64,000 bases of DNA from an uncultured Candidatus Actinomarina sp. (lineage in GTDB: Bacteria > Actinomycetota > Acidimicrobiia > Actinomarinales > Actinomarinaceae): contig CACFIX010000005.1 of the NCBI GenBank assembly GCA_902566515.1, positions 318 through 64,317 of the forward strand. The letters are read 5' to 3'. Shown piece after piece: positions 37,914-46,951 of this stretch. A program made the translations under genes and the position numbers. The notes beneath the pieces are model-generated. The model was not told the origin of the DNA. It saw nothing but the letters and a program-made list of their open reading frames with translations, and ran no database searches. Each line of letters opens with the position of its first letter. Within the stretch, counting starts at the first letter, position 1.

Positions 37914-38918
37914 ATGACAAATGTTTCACTTGTTGGTTTTGGAAGAATAGGTAGAGACCTATTCAGACAGACATTGGGAGACAAAGACATTAACATAGTC
38001 TCAATATCAGATACTGCTGATAAAAAAAACCTAATTTATTTGCTCAAATATGACTCTATATATGGAAAATTGAATACTGAAATCCATGAGACAGAAACAG
38101 GCATTGTTGTAGATGACAAAGAAATCATATTCAACTCTTGGAAAGATGGAGATGAAGCTGATTGGGCGAAAATTGGAACAGATGTTGTAATACTTGCAAC
38201 TGGTAAACCAAAAACAAAAAAAGAAGTTGATGTACATTTATCAAAGGGGTGTAAAAAAGTAATAGTTGCCTCTACACCAGAAAATTTTAAAGATATCCAA
38301 ATTTTTGTACCTGGTGCAAACGATGAAAATATTGATTTTAAATCAAATGTGTTTTCTCTAGGATCAAATACTGCAAATGCTGTTGCACCAATACTAAAAG
38401 CATTAGATAAAGACGTAGGCGTGGAGAGAGCTTTTTTAACAACTGTGCATGGATATTCGAACTCGAACAGATTAGCTGATGTAGCTGGTGAAGGATTTAG
38501 ACTAAATAGGGCCGCTGGCGAAAATATAATACCTAGTATTACTAAATCATCAGAAGTAATTGTAAATGTACTTCCTTTTTTAAAAAATAAAATAGCATCC
38601 TCATCAATGACAGTTCCAATTCCTGATGGAAGTACAGTAGACCTAACAATAGATATTAGAAAAGAAACAACTATTGAAGAAATTAACAATCTGCTAAAAA
38701 ACTATTCAGAACATGATTTAAAAAATATAATCGGAATTACATACGACCCAATTGTTTCTTCTGATGTAGTCAGAAGCACATTTTCTGGACTGATAGATGG
38801 TCTTGCTACAATGGGTATTAATAATAAGAAAATAAAATTAATAATTTGGTTTGATAACGGTTGGGGTTACGCTGCAAGAATAATAGACACTATCAAACGA
38901 TTGGGACAGGAACTCTAA
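37914..38918 (+). CDS. GAPDH-like paralog lacking the catalytic cysteine (predicted pseudoenzyme)
   Basis: Full-length GAPDH fold ('VGFGRIGR', 'TTVHGYS', 'WFDNGWGYA'). The active-site block reads 'SLGSNTANAVAP' instead of 'SNASCTTNCLAP'. 'TGAAKA' is 'TKSSEV' and 'MRVP' is 'MTVP'. Confidence 0.8.
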   Translation: MTNVSLVGFGRIGRDLFRQTLGDKDINIVSISDTADKKNLIYLLKYDSIYGKLNTEIHETETGIVVDDKEIIFNSWKDGDEADWAKIGTDVVILATGKPKTKKEVDVHLSKGCKKVIVASTPENFKDIQIFVPGANDENIDFKSNVFSLGSNTANAVAPILKALDKDVGVERAFLTTVHGYSNSNRLADVAGEGFRLNRAAGENIIPSITKSSEVIVNVLPFLKNKIASSSMTVPIPDGSTVDLTIDIRKETTIEEINNLLKNYSEHDLKNIIGITYDPIVSSDVVRSTFSGLIDGLATMGINNKKIKLIIWFDNGWGYAARIIDTIKRLGQEL

Positions 38919-39917
38919 ATGGGTAACGTAGCTATAAATGGTTTTGGAAGAATTGGTAGATCAATTCTAAGGATTATTGTAGAAAATGATTCTGATATAA
39001 ATGTTGTGGCAATCAATGATTTAGGGAACTATGAAAATCTTGCATATCTGCTTAAACATGATTCAGTAATGGGAATATTAGATAGAAATGTAAGCGTTTC
39101 TAGAGATAAATTAATTGTAGATGATAGGACTATACAATTAACTTCAATTAAAGACCCTGCGGAGCTTCCTTGGAAAGAAATGGATGTTGATGTTGTTGTT
39201 GAATCAACTGGAATATTTAGAGATAGTGAATCATTAAATAAACATCTTGATGCTGGAGCTAAAAAAGTATTGCTAACTGTACCTCCAAAAGACGATATAG
39301 ATGCGACAATAGTCCTCGGTGTCAATGATGGTGATCTTAAGCCTGAAGATAAAATAGTTTCAAATGCATCTTGCACTACAAACTGTTTAGCTCCTATAGC
39401 AAAAGTTTTAGATGATAACTTTGGAATTTTATCCGGATTGATGACAACTGTACATGCATATACTAATGATCAAGCATTAGCTGAAACTACCCATAGTGAT
39501 TTTAGACGAGGACGTAGTGCAACTCAAAATATTATCCCTACATCAACTGGTGCAGCAAAAGCTGTTGGTATGGTTCTTCCAGAACTTAATGGTAAATTAG
39601 ATGGAATGGCTATGAGAGTACCAGTTCCTGATGGAAGCGTAGTTGATCTTGTCGTTGAATTAGAAAAAAAAGTCTCTATAGATGATATCAATAAGGCAGT
39701 TAAGAGTGCTGCAGATAATGAGTTAAATGGAATATTAGAGTATTCAGAAGTTCCTCTTGTATCTACTGATATTTTGAACAATCCGCACTCAAGTATTTAC
39801 GATGCTTCTTCTACTCAGTTACTAGAAGGAAATCATGTAAAAGTAGTTTGCTGGTACGACAATGAGTGGGGATATTCAAATAGAGTTGTAGATTTAATTG
39901 GAAAACTTACTAGATAA
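38919..39917 (+). CDS. gap: Glyceraldehyde-3-phosphate dehydrogenase (type I, canonical)
   Basis: 332 aa. 'NGFGRIGR', 'SNASCTTNCLAP', 'TTVHAYTNDQ', 'STGAAKAVG' and 'WYDNEWGYS'. Confidence 0.93.
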   Translation: MGNVAINGFGRIGRSILRIIVENDSDINVVAINDLGNYENLAYLLKHDSVMGILDRNVSVSRDKLIVDDRTIQLTSIKDPAELPWKEMDVDVVVESTGIFRDSESLNKHLDAGAKKVLLTVPPKDDIDATIVLGVNDGDLKPEDKIVSNASCTTNCLAPIAKVLDDNFGILSGLMTTVHAYTNDQALAETTHSDFRRGRSATQNIIPTSTGAAKAVGMVLPELNGKLDGMAMRVPVPDGSVVDLVVELEKKVSIDDINKAVKSAADNELNGILEYSEVPLVSTDILNNPHSSIYDASSTQLLEGNHVKVVCWYDNEWGYSNRVVDLIGKLTR

Positions 39918-40333
39918 TGGATAAAGAATTACCAGTTGCACCATCGGCTATTGGAAATTATGTAACATATAAAAAAGTTGGAAATTACATATATACATCT
40001 GGCCACGTTCCATTTACTGAAAAGAAAAAATATCAAGGAAAGATACCTTCTGAGGTATCAATAGCAGATGGTTATCAAGCTGCTTCCCTATGTGCTGAAT
40101 TAACTATATCTACACTCTTAGCTAATGGTGAAATTGAAAATCTACAGCCTGTAAATGTATTAGGATTCGTAAATGCTGATAATGATTTTCAAGATCACGC
40201 AAAAGTATTGAATGGTTTTACGGATAAGCTTGCAGAATATTTTGAAGAAAAATCAACACGGTCTGCTGTTGGAGTTGCGAGCTTACCACTTAATGTGTCT
40301 GTGGAAGTTCAATGTATTTTTGTAAATGAATAA
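39917..40333 (+). CDS. RidA/YjgF/Endoribonuclease L-PSP family protein
   Basis: 138 aa. 'IYTSGHVP' and 'RSAVGVASLPLNVSVEVQCIF'. TAATG overlap with gap. Confidence 0.78.
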   Translation: MDKELPVAPSAIGNYVTYKKVGNYIYTSGHVPFTEKKKYQGKIPSEVSIADGYQAASLCAELTISTLLANGEIENLQPVNVLGFVNADNDFQDHAKVLNGFTDKLAEYFEEKSTRSAVGVASLPLNVSVEVQCIFVNE

Positions 40334-41030
40334 ATTAATTGGAATCTCAACTGGAATAAAAGATGTTCAAATGGCACCTGGAAATATTCCATGTGTTGTA
40401 ATAAACAATGATTTTATAAACTTATGTAACAAATTTGGGAATACTGCAATAGTTATTGGTCCACAAAATGATAATCTTGAAATTGATGCTTCAAAATTTG
40501 ATGCTTTGATAATTTCTGGAGGTGGAGATATAAACCCAGAAAGGTATAACCAAAAAATTGATTCTAAAACAATTCGAATATCAGACAATAGAGATTTTAC
40601 TGAATTGAATCTACTCAAATCTGCAGAAGAAAACAACGTCAAAACTCTTGCAATATGTAGAGGACATCAATTATTGAATGTTTATAAAAACGGTACTTTA
40701 TATCAAGATCTTAATGATTCAGGTTTTAAAGACATTGAGCACGATAAACCATTCGGAGAGGCTCGATCTCACATTCATGATATTGAAGTTTTTGAAGATT
40801 CAAAACTATATGAAATAATTCAAGAAAAAAACATAATGGTAAATTCTATACATCATCAAGGTATTGATAAATTAGGTAAAGATTTAAAAATAACTGCAAA
40901 ATCAAATGATGGTGTGATTGAAGGAATTGAAACTACTAATGAATGGAATGCTATTGGTATTCAATGGCATCCAGAAAATATGATAAAAGATACATATAGT
41001 AATTTAATTTTTAACTGGTTAAACAGTTAG
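40326..41030 (+). CDS. Class I glutamine amidotransferase, peptidase C26 / gamma-glutamyl-GABA hydrolase (PuuD-like)
   Basis: 234 aa. 'LAICRGHQLLNV' (nucleophile Cys) and 'GIQWHPE'. Confidence 0.8.
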   Translation: MNKLIGISTGIKDVQMAPGNIPCVVINNDFINLCNKFGNTAIVIGPQNDNLEIDASKFDALIISGGGDINPERYNQKIDSKTIRISDNRDFTELNLLKSAEENNVKTLAICRGHQLLNVYKNGTLYQDLNDSGFKDIEHDKPFGEARSHIHDIEVFEDSKLYEIIQEKNIMVNSIHHQGIDKLGKDLKITAKSNDGVIEGIETTNEWNAIGIQWHPENMIKDTYSNLIFNWLNS

Positions 41031-41501
41031 GTTGTCATTAATTAAAATAAGCTGATTATTCTGATATGAAAAAAACTTATCATTATATGGAATAGGAAAA
41101 TCAGTTAAATTAGAAACTTCGCAAAATGTAAAGTTTTGAGAAAAATTAAAGCCAAGTAAAACTAAATCTGATTTACCTAAGTTCTTATTTATAAAAAAAC
41201 CAGGCCAAGGTAATTTACTATCATTTAATAAATCACTTTTATACTTATCGGAAATAGAGACAACCTTATCCCTTAATCTCTCAATTGACTCAATTGTGTC
41301 AAAGTCTTTAAATTTAATTAGATTTCTATCTTTTAAGTGGGTTTTAAAATTCTCAACTATTAATTCTTCATTACCAACTTGCATTGATATATTGCTTAAG
41401 TCAAACTTTCTAAAAAAATTGTCTATGTTTATATATTGAAATCCCTTAAGTGAGTGGGGTTTACCTAATTTAGCAACTTGAAATAAAGTATTGTTAGTCA
41501 A
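41019..41501 (-). CDS. rimM: 16S rRNA processing protein RimM
   Basis: 160 aa. 'VAKLGKPHSLKGFQ'. It sits in the conserved position after the KH protein and rpsP. Confidence 0.8.
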   Translation of the reverse strand: MTNNTLFQVAKLGKPHSLKGFQYINIDNFFRKFDLSNISMQVGNEELIVENFKTHLKDRNLIKFKDFDTIESIERLRDKVVSISDKYKSDLLNDSKLPWPGFFINKNLGKSDLVLLGFNFSQNFTFCEVSNLTDFPIPYNDKFFSYQNNQLILINDNLTV

Positions 41502-41745
41502 TAAATTCTACGCTAGATTGAAGACCTTCTTCATCTGCTGCTGCTTGAGCTACTGTACGAATCGCTCTAGCAACTCTACCTCTTTTACCAATAACTCTTC
41601 CCATATCATCTGGAGAAGTCCTAACTTCAATTGTTACATTTTCATCATCTGAATCTGCAATGTCGACTTTTACAGACTTTGTGTCCTCCACAATTTGCGT
41701 AACAATATATTCAACTACGTTTTTTACAATTGAACCTGCGGCCAT
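41494..41745 (-). CDS. KH-domain RNA-binding protein (UPF0109/YlqC family)
   Basis: 83 aa. 'DMGRVIGKRGRVARAIRTV'. Confidence 0.88.
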   Translation of the reverse strand: MAAGSIVKNVVEYIVTQIVEDTKSVKVDIADSDDENVTIEVRTSPDDMGRVIGKRGRVARAIRTVAQAAADEEGLQSSVEFID

Positions 41746-41748
41746 AAA

Positions 41749-42141
41749 TTATTCCTCTTCTGTATCTTCTGAAGATTCTTCAGAAGTTTCTTCTTGAGTA
41801 GCTTCTTCTTTCTTTTTATTTGCCTTTGAACTACTTTTAACTTTTTCTGCAGGAGCAGTAGGAATAGAAACAACTTCTCCCTTTGATGATCTCCACTGAG
41901 CCCATGCCCCAGAAATTTCTAATAATTTTTGTGCGCGCTCTGATGGCTGAGCTCCCTTGTCTAACCACGAAACAGCTTTATCAACATTAATTTCAACTTT
42001 TGAAGGGTTATGATGCGGATCATAGTAACCTAGGTCTTCAATAAACTTTCCATCTCTTGGTGAGCGAGAATCGGCAACTACTACTCTGTACGTTCTATTT
42101 TTTTTCTTACCTCTTTGTGCAAGTCTTATCTTTACAGGCAT
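41749..42141 (-). CDS. rpsP: 30S ribosomal protein S16 with a charged C-terminal extension
   Basis: 130 aa. 'MPVKIRLAQRGKKKNRTYRVVVADSRSPRDGKFIE'. Confidence 0.95.
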   Translation of the reverse strand: MPVKIRLAQRGKKKNRTYRVVVADSRSPRDGKFIEDLGYYDPHHNPSKVEINVDKAVSWLDKGAQPSERAQKLLEISGAWAQWRSSKGEVVSIPTAPAEKVKSSSKANKKKEEATQEETSEESSEDTEEE

Positions 42142-42268
42142 TAATTTCCTTTTTTAAATAGCAATACATTATATTACATTAAGTAGAGCATAAAATGTAC
42201 TTTTATTAGATTAACTTCTTATCAAAAATAACTAGAAAAGATTTAATGTTTTGCTAACCTAATTTTTA

Positions 42269-42889
42269 ATGCAAGTAATTGAATTATCTCATCCACTTAA
42301 AAGTCACTATTTAACAATACTCAGAAACGAAAATACCAATAGTGAAGAATTTAGAGCATACGCAACCAAGCTTTCATATTTACTTTTTATTGAAGGCACT
42401 AAAAATATTTCATTAAAAGAAAAAAATATAACTACACCATTAGTAAATACTAAAGGTTATGAAGTAGAAAACGACAGTGTTGCTATTTCAGTACTTAGAG
42501 CTGGACTAGGTTTAATTGATGGAGTGAAAGAGCTTTTACCAAATGTTTCATTTGGATATATTGGTGTTCAAAGAAATGAAGAAACTGCAGAACCTGAATA
42601 TTATTATGAAAATTTACCTGATTTAAATAACAAAAATGTTTTTATATTAGAACCCATGCTTGCTACCGGAGGTTCTCTATCTTTTGCCATTGATAAAGTA
42701 AAGGAACAAAATCCAAAAGATATTATTGCTCTAACTGTTATTTCTGCCCCTGAGGGTATAGAGCGGTTAGAAAAAGAGCATGCAGATATTACATTGATAA
42801 CAGGTAATATAGACGAAAAACTTAACGAAAGTTGGTATATAGTTCCAGGCCTTGGAGATATGGGAGATAGGCTTTTTGGTACAACTTAA
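42269..42889 (+). CDS. upp: Uracil phosphoribosyltransferase
   Basis: 206 aa. 'VLRAGLGL', 'LEPMLATGGS' and 'YIVPGLGDMGDRLFGT'. Confidence 0.92.
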   Translation: MQVIELSHPLKSHYLTILRNENTNSEEFRAYATKLSYLLFIEGTKNISLKEKNITTPLVNTKGYEVENDSVAISVLRAGLGLIDGVKELLPNVSFGYIGVQRNEETAEPEYYYENLPDLNNKNVFILEPMLATGGSLSFAIDKVKEQNPKDIIALTVISAPEGIERLEKEHADITLITGNIDEKLNESWYIVPGLGDMGDRLFGTT

Positions 42890-44040
42890 TGAAAAGATGT
42901 TTTCTTGTAGTTATTGATTCTTTAGGTGTTGGTGAAGCACCTGATGCGGATAAATATGGTGATTTAGGAACAAATACTCTTTCAAATGTTGCGAATGTTG
43001 TAGGTGGTGTCAATTTACCAACTATGGAAAAGTTAGGTTTTGGAAAAATTACTGAAGTAAAAAATATGAATACTAACCATATTGCTACAGTTGGAAGATT
43101 GTCAGAAAAGTCAATTGGAAACGATTCTACTACTGGACATTGGGAGCTTGCAGGTTTAATAACTGAAGAAGATTTCTCAACATATCCTGACGGATTTCCT
43201 CAGGATTTAATTCACTCAATTCAAAAACAAGCAAATATTGAATTCATAGGCAACAAACATGCATCAGGTACTGAAATATTAAATGAACTGGGAAGAGAGC
43301 ATCTATCATCGGGAAAATTAATTTTATATACTTCTGGAGATTCAGTTTTTCAAATTGCCGCTCACGAAAATGTTTGTTCTGTTGAGGAACTTTACAAAAT
43401 ATGCGAAATTTCAAGAAAATATTGTGATCAATACAATATTGGAAGAGTAATAGCTAGACCATTTATTGGAGAATATGACAATTTTGTTAGAACTTATGAT
43501 AGAAAAGATTTTGGCATGAATCCTCCAGGTGAAACAATTCTAAGTTATTTATACAAAAATAATTTATCTACATATGGAATAGGTAAGATCAGTGATTTAT
43601 TTGGAGAAATGTATTTGACAACTGCTGTGCATACTGAGGGTGACTCAAATGGACTTGAATTCCTATATGATGAAGCAAAAAGTGGTAGCCATGATTTTAT
43701 TTTTGTTAATTTAGTTGATTTAGATATGTTGTATGGCCACAGAGAAGATCCGCATGGATATTATGAAGGATTAAAACTTATTGATAAGAAAATCCAAAGA
43801 ATTTTAAATGTAATGACTGAAAACGACCTAATAATTTTTACAGGCGATCATGGTACAGATCCAACAGACGGTAAAACAGACCATTCAAGGGAATATGTGC
43901 CGATGGTTGCTTATAAAAAAAATGGTAAAGCTGAATATATTGGTGATCTTGAAGGTTTCTTTAATGTAGCTTCAACAATATGTGATTTTTTTGAGTTGAA
44001 TAATATATTTCCAGGTAAAAGCTTTTTAAATCGAATTTAG
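42889..44040 (+). CDS. deoB: Phosphopentomutase
   Basis: 383 aa. 'VVIDSLGVGEAPDA', 'TTGHWELAG' and 'FTGDHGTDPT'. Confidence 0.92.
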   Translation: MKRCFLVVIDSLGVGEAPDADKYGDLGTNTLSNVANVVGGVNLPTMEKLGFGKITEVKNMNTNHIATVGRLSEKSIGNDSTTGHWELAGLITEEDFSTYPDGFPQDLIHSIQKQANIEFIGNKHASGTEILNELGREHLSSGKLILYTSGDSVFQIAAHENVCSVEELYKICEISRKYCDQYNIGRVIARPFIGEYDNFVRTYDRKDFGMNPPGETILSYLYKNNLSTYGIGKISDLFGEMYLTTAVHTEGDSNGLEFLYDEAKSGSHDFIFVNLVDLDMLYGHREDPHGYYEGLKLIDKKIQRILNVMTENDLIIFTGDHGTDPTDGKTDHSREYVPMVAYKKNGKAEYIGDLEGFFNVASTICDFFELNNIFPGKSFLNRI

Positions 44041-44059
44041 CTTATTAACCTAATATCAA

Positions 44060-44887
44060 ATGATTGAAAAAATAACAGAGTCGAAAGCCTTTATCTCAGA
44101 AATCATTGAAGGAAAAACTATAGAATCTGTGATTGTATTAGGATCTGGAATGAGTGGTTTTGAAGAAAACTACAAACCCTTATATCAACTAAATTATTCT
44201 GAGATACCAAACTTTTTACAACCTTCTATCGAAGGTCACTCTGGGAAATTAAGTATTGTTGAAATCGAGGGAAAAATAACTGCAATTCTGTCCGGACGTG
44301 CTCATTTTTATGAAGGTTATCCTATTCAAGAATTAGTTATACCAATAAGAACATTTATAACGCTAGGTGCAAAAACTCTAATACTCACAAATGCCGCTGG
44401 AGGAATTTCTTCAAAATACGCCCCTGGTGATATCGTTGCGATTACTGACCATATAAATTTGACTGGTGATAATCCATTAATTGGTAAAAATTTAGAAGAA
44501 TTTGGCCCAAGATTTCCAGATATGTCTAACGTGTACAATTCTAAATTATTGTTACTAGCAGAAAAAGTAGCAGAAAATCATTTTGAGTTTAAAACTGGTG
44601 TATATGCCTGGTTTACTGGTCCTTCTTATGAAACACCAGCGGAGGTAAATTTTGCTAAAAATATAGGGGCTGATCTTGTCGGAATGTCAACAGTTCCTGA
44701 AGCAATTGTTGCCAAGCATGCAGGAATAAAAACTGTAGCTTTTTCATTAGTTACAAATTTAGCCGCAGGGATAAGTGAAAAGCCTCTAGATCACAATGAA
44801 GTAATTGAAATTGCAGAAAAATCTAAAGTAAAACTTCAAAACTTTATGAAAGAATTTTTGTCTGAAATAAATATCGGTAATAATTAA
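44060..44887 (+). CDS. punA: Purine nucleoside phosphorylase (trimeric PunA type)
   Basis: 275 aa. 'LSGRAHFYEGY', 'TNAAGG' and 'VGMSTVPEAIVA'. Confidence 0.9.
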   Translation: MIEKITESKAFISEIIEGKTIESVIVLGSGMSGFEENYKPLYQLNYSEIPNFLQPSIEGHSGKLSIVEIEGKITAILSGRAHFYEGYPIQELVIPIRTFITLGAKTLILTNAAGGISSKYAPGDIVAITDHINLTGDNPLIGKNLEEFGPRFPDMSNVYNSKLLLLAEKVAENHFEFKTGVYAWFTGPSYETPAEVNFAKNIGADLVGMSTVPEAIVAKHAGIKTVAFSLVTNLAAGISEKPLDHNEVIEIAEKSKVKLQNFMKEFLSEINIGNN

Positions 44888-44907
44888 TCTTAATTAATAT
44901 AAAATTT

Positions 44908-45657
44908 ATGAATATCACTGTATGCGCTAAGCAAATTCCGGATCCAGCTAACGAAACGTCGTATGACAAAGGAATTATTGTTCGGCCTGAAGAACAAGTT
45001 TTAGATGACACTGACAGGTATGGTATTGAAGTTGCACTTCAGTTAAAAGAAAAGTTCGATGCTGAAGTAACAATTATTTCCATGGGTCCCGCAGGAACTA
45101 TGAAAGGCTTGCAACAAGCATTACAGATGGGTGCAGATAAAGCAATATACGTAGATGATGACTCCTTAAAAGGCGCAAATTCTCTTATGACAGCTAATGT
45201 GTTAAGTGAACTTGCAAAAACAACTAATGCAGATATTGTTATTTTTGGTACCGAATCTACCGATGGTTATTCAGGAACTGTACCGCAACAAGTTTCAAGA
45301 TTTTTGAACTTAGATTGCATATCTTATGTCAAAGCTCTAGAGATTGGAGACGATGTATCACTTACAAGACAAACATCAGAGGGTTCCGAAAAAGTAAAAA
45401 TGCCTCAAAATTGTGTAATATCAGTAACAGCTGGAGGTGTAGAACCTAGATATCCGAATTTTAAAGATATTATGGCAGCAAAGTCTAAACCAATAGAAAA
45501 AGTCGAATTGAGCACTCTAAACATCACTGCAGAACAAAATTTGGAATTTGTGGGCATTGAAGCACTTGAAAATTTAAAAAATGGTGAAAAAATTATTGAT
45601 GAAGGGGAAGCTTTCCAAGTTATTGTAGACAAACTTAAGGAACTTAAAGTTATATGA
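44908..45657 (+). CDS. etfB: Electron transfer flavoprotein beta subunit
   Basis: 249 aa. 'MNITVCAKQIPDP' and 'VIFGTESTDG'. Confidence 0.9.
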   Translation: MNITVCAKQIPDPANETSYDKGIIVRPEEQVLDDTDRYGIEVALQLKEKFDAEVTIISMGPAGTMKGLQQALQMGADKAIYVDDDSLKGANSLMTANVLSELAKTTNADIVIFGTESTDGYSGTVPQQVSRFLNLDCISYVKALEIGDDVSLTRQTSEGSEKVKMPQNCVISVTAGGVEPRYPNFKDIMAAKSKPIEKVELSTLNITAEQNLEFVGIEALENLKNGEKIIDEGEAFQVIVDKLKELKVI

Positions 45658-46571
45658 AAACATTAATATTAGGTGAAATTATAAATGACACGCTCAGTAG
45701 TGGAACATTAGAGATAATCAAAAAAGCACAGGATGAAAGTCTCGATTATCAAGTTGTAACAATAGGAAGTGACGATGCGCCAAGAATTGGCTGCGAATCT
45801 TTCAAACAAACTTATATCAAAAGAAGTAGTGAATCTTTACAATTCAATAAGGTTACTGATTTGATTACAAAAATTGTGAATGATGAAAGTATAAACCTAA
45901 TCTTAGGATCTTCCACATATCTTTGTAGAGATCTCATTTCTTTTATCTCTGTAGACTTAAATTCAAGTCCTGTTTCAAATGTGATTAATTTTGAAATTAA
46001 TGGAGATGTAGTTTCAACAATTAACTCCATAAATGGTGGTGAAAGTTTATATAAATCTAATATTGCATCTGATCATTCGCTTCTATTAATAAGACCAAAA
46101 TCTTTTGAACCCGCTGATGTTGAATTAAATAATAATTTTGAGACTATTGAAGTAGAAAATTCTGATGTTTCAATTTTTGATATTTATAAAGAAGAAAAAA
46201 CTGGTCCACAATTGGAAGATTCAAAAGTAGTGATATCAGCTGGAAGAGGTCTGGTAGAGAAAGAAAATTTAGTTATTGTTGAAGAATTAGCATCAAAATT
46301 AAACGCAGCTATTGGGGGAACTCGAGCAATTGTAGATGCAGGATGGATGCCATATTCACAGCAAGTAGGTCAAACTGGTAAAACAGTGAAACCAGATGTA
46401 TACATTGCCTGTGGAATATCAGGAGCTACGCAACACCAAGTTGGCATGAAAGATTCAAAATACATTATTGCAATTAACAAAGATGAAGAAGCACCAATAT
46501 TTCAATTAGCTGATTTAGGTGTTGTTGGCGATACTTTAAGTGTTATTCCGAAAATTAATCAAAATCTTTAA
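45654..46571 (+). CDS. etfA: Electron transfer flavoprotein alpha subunit
   Basis: 305 aa. 'SAGRGL', 'GGTRAIVDAGW' and 'YIACGISGATQHQVGM'. Confidence 0.9.
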   Translation: MKTLILGEIINDTLSSGTLEIIKKAQDESLDYQVVTIGSDDAPRIGCESFKQTYIKRSSESLQFNKVTDLITKIVNDESINLILGSSTYLCRDLISFISVDLNSSPVSNVINFEINGDVVSTINSINGGESLYKSNIASDHSLLLIRPKSFEPADVELNNNFETIEVENSDVSIFDIYKEEKTGPQLEDSKVVISAGRGLVEKENLVIVEELASKLNAAIGGTRAIVDAGWMPYSQQVGQTGKTVKPDVYIACGISGATQHQVGMKDSKYIIAINKDEEAPIFQLADLGVVGDTLSVIPKINQNL

Positions 46572-46951
46572 AATTTAAAATTATAAGGAAGTATTTCTTC
46601 AAAGGTATATTCTTTGAATCCATCTTTCTCAACAACAATTACTTTCTTTGTGTCAAATTCAGCTAATCTCTGACGAGAAATTCCACATGGGAATATTGCA
46701 GTGTCTGATTCAGCATCAATACATGCAACCGCAATTGTTTCAATACTCTTTTCACCTTCTGATATAGCCTTAACAACTGCAACATCTTCCGCACAAACTG
46801 TTGCTGGATATGATGCGTTTTCAATATTGCAACCAGTATATATATTTCCAGAGTCAGTAATCAGTGCTGCACCAACTCTAAAATTTGAATATGGTGCATA
46901 TGCTTTTTCTGCAATATTTCTAGCTAAATCAGCTAATTCGCTATTATTCAT
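46568..46951 (-). CDS. cdd: Cytidine deaminase (small homotetrameric type) with an atypical zinc motif
   Basis: 127 aa. 'APYSNFRVGAAL', 'GCNIENASY' and 'CAED'. The 'PCGxCRQ' motif reads 'PCGISRQ'. Confidence 0.8.
   Translation of the reverse strand: MNNSELADLARNIAEKAYAPYSNFRVGAALITDSGNIYTGCNIENASYPATVCAEDVAVVKAISEGEKSIETIAVACIDAESDTAIFPCGISRQRLAEFDTKKVIVVEKDGFKEYTFEEILPYNFKF

Noticed and set aside
38036-38689. 217-aa minus-strand ORF, with a nested 68-aa ORF at 38031..38237, antisense to the GAPDH-like gene
   Set aside because: It lies entirely inside a plus-strand gene with a clear GAPDH fold. The translation is a Ser/Phe/Thr/Ile-rich low-complexity string with no motifs. That is typical of the shadow frame of an AT-rich coding region.
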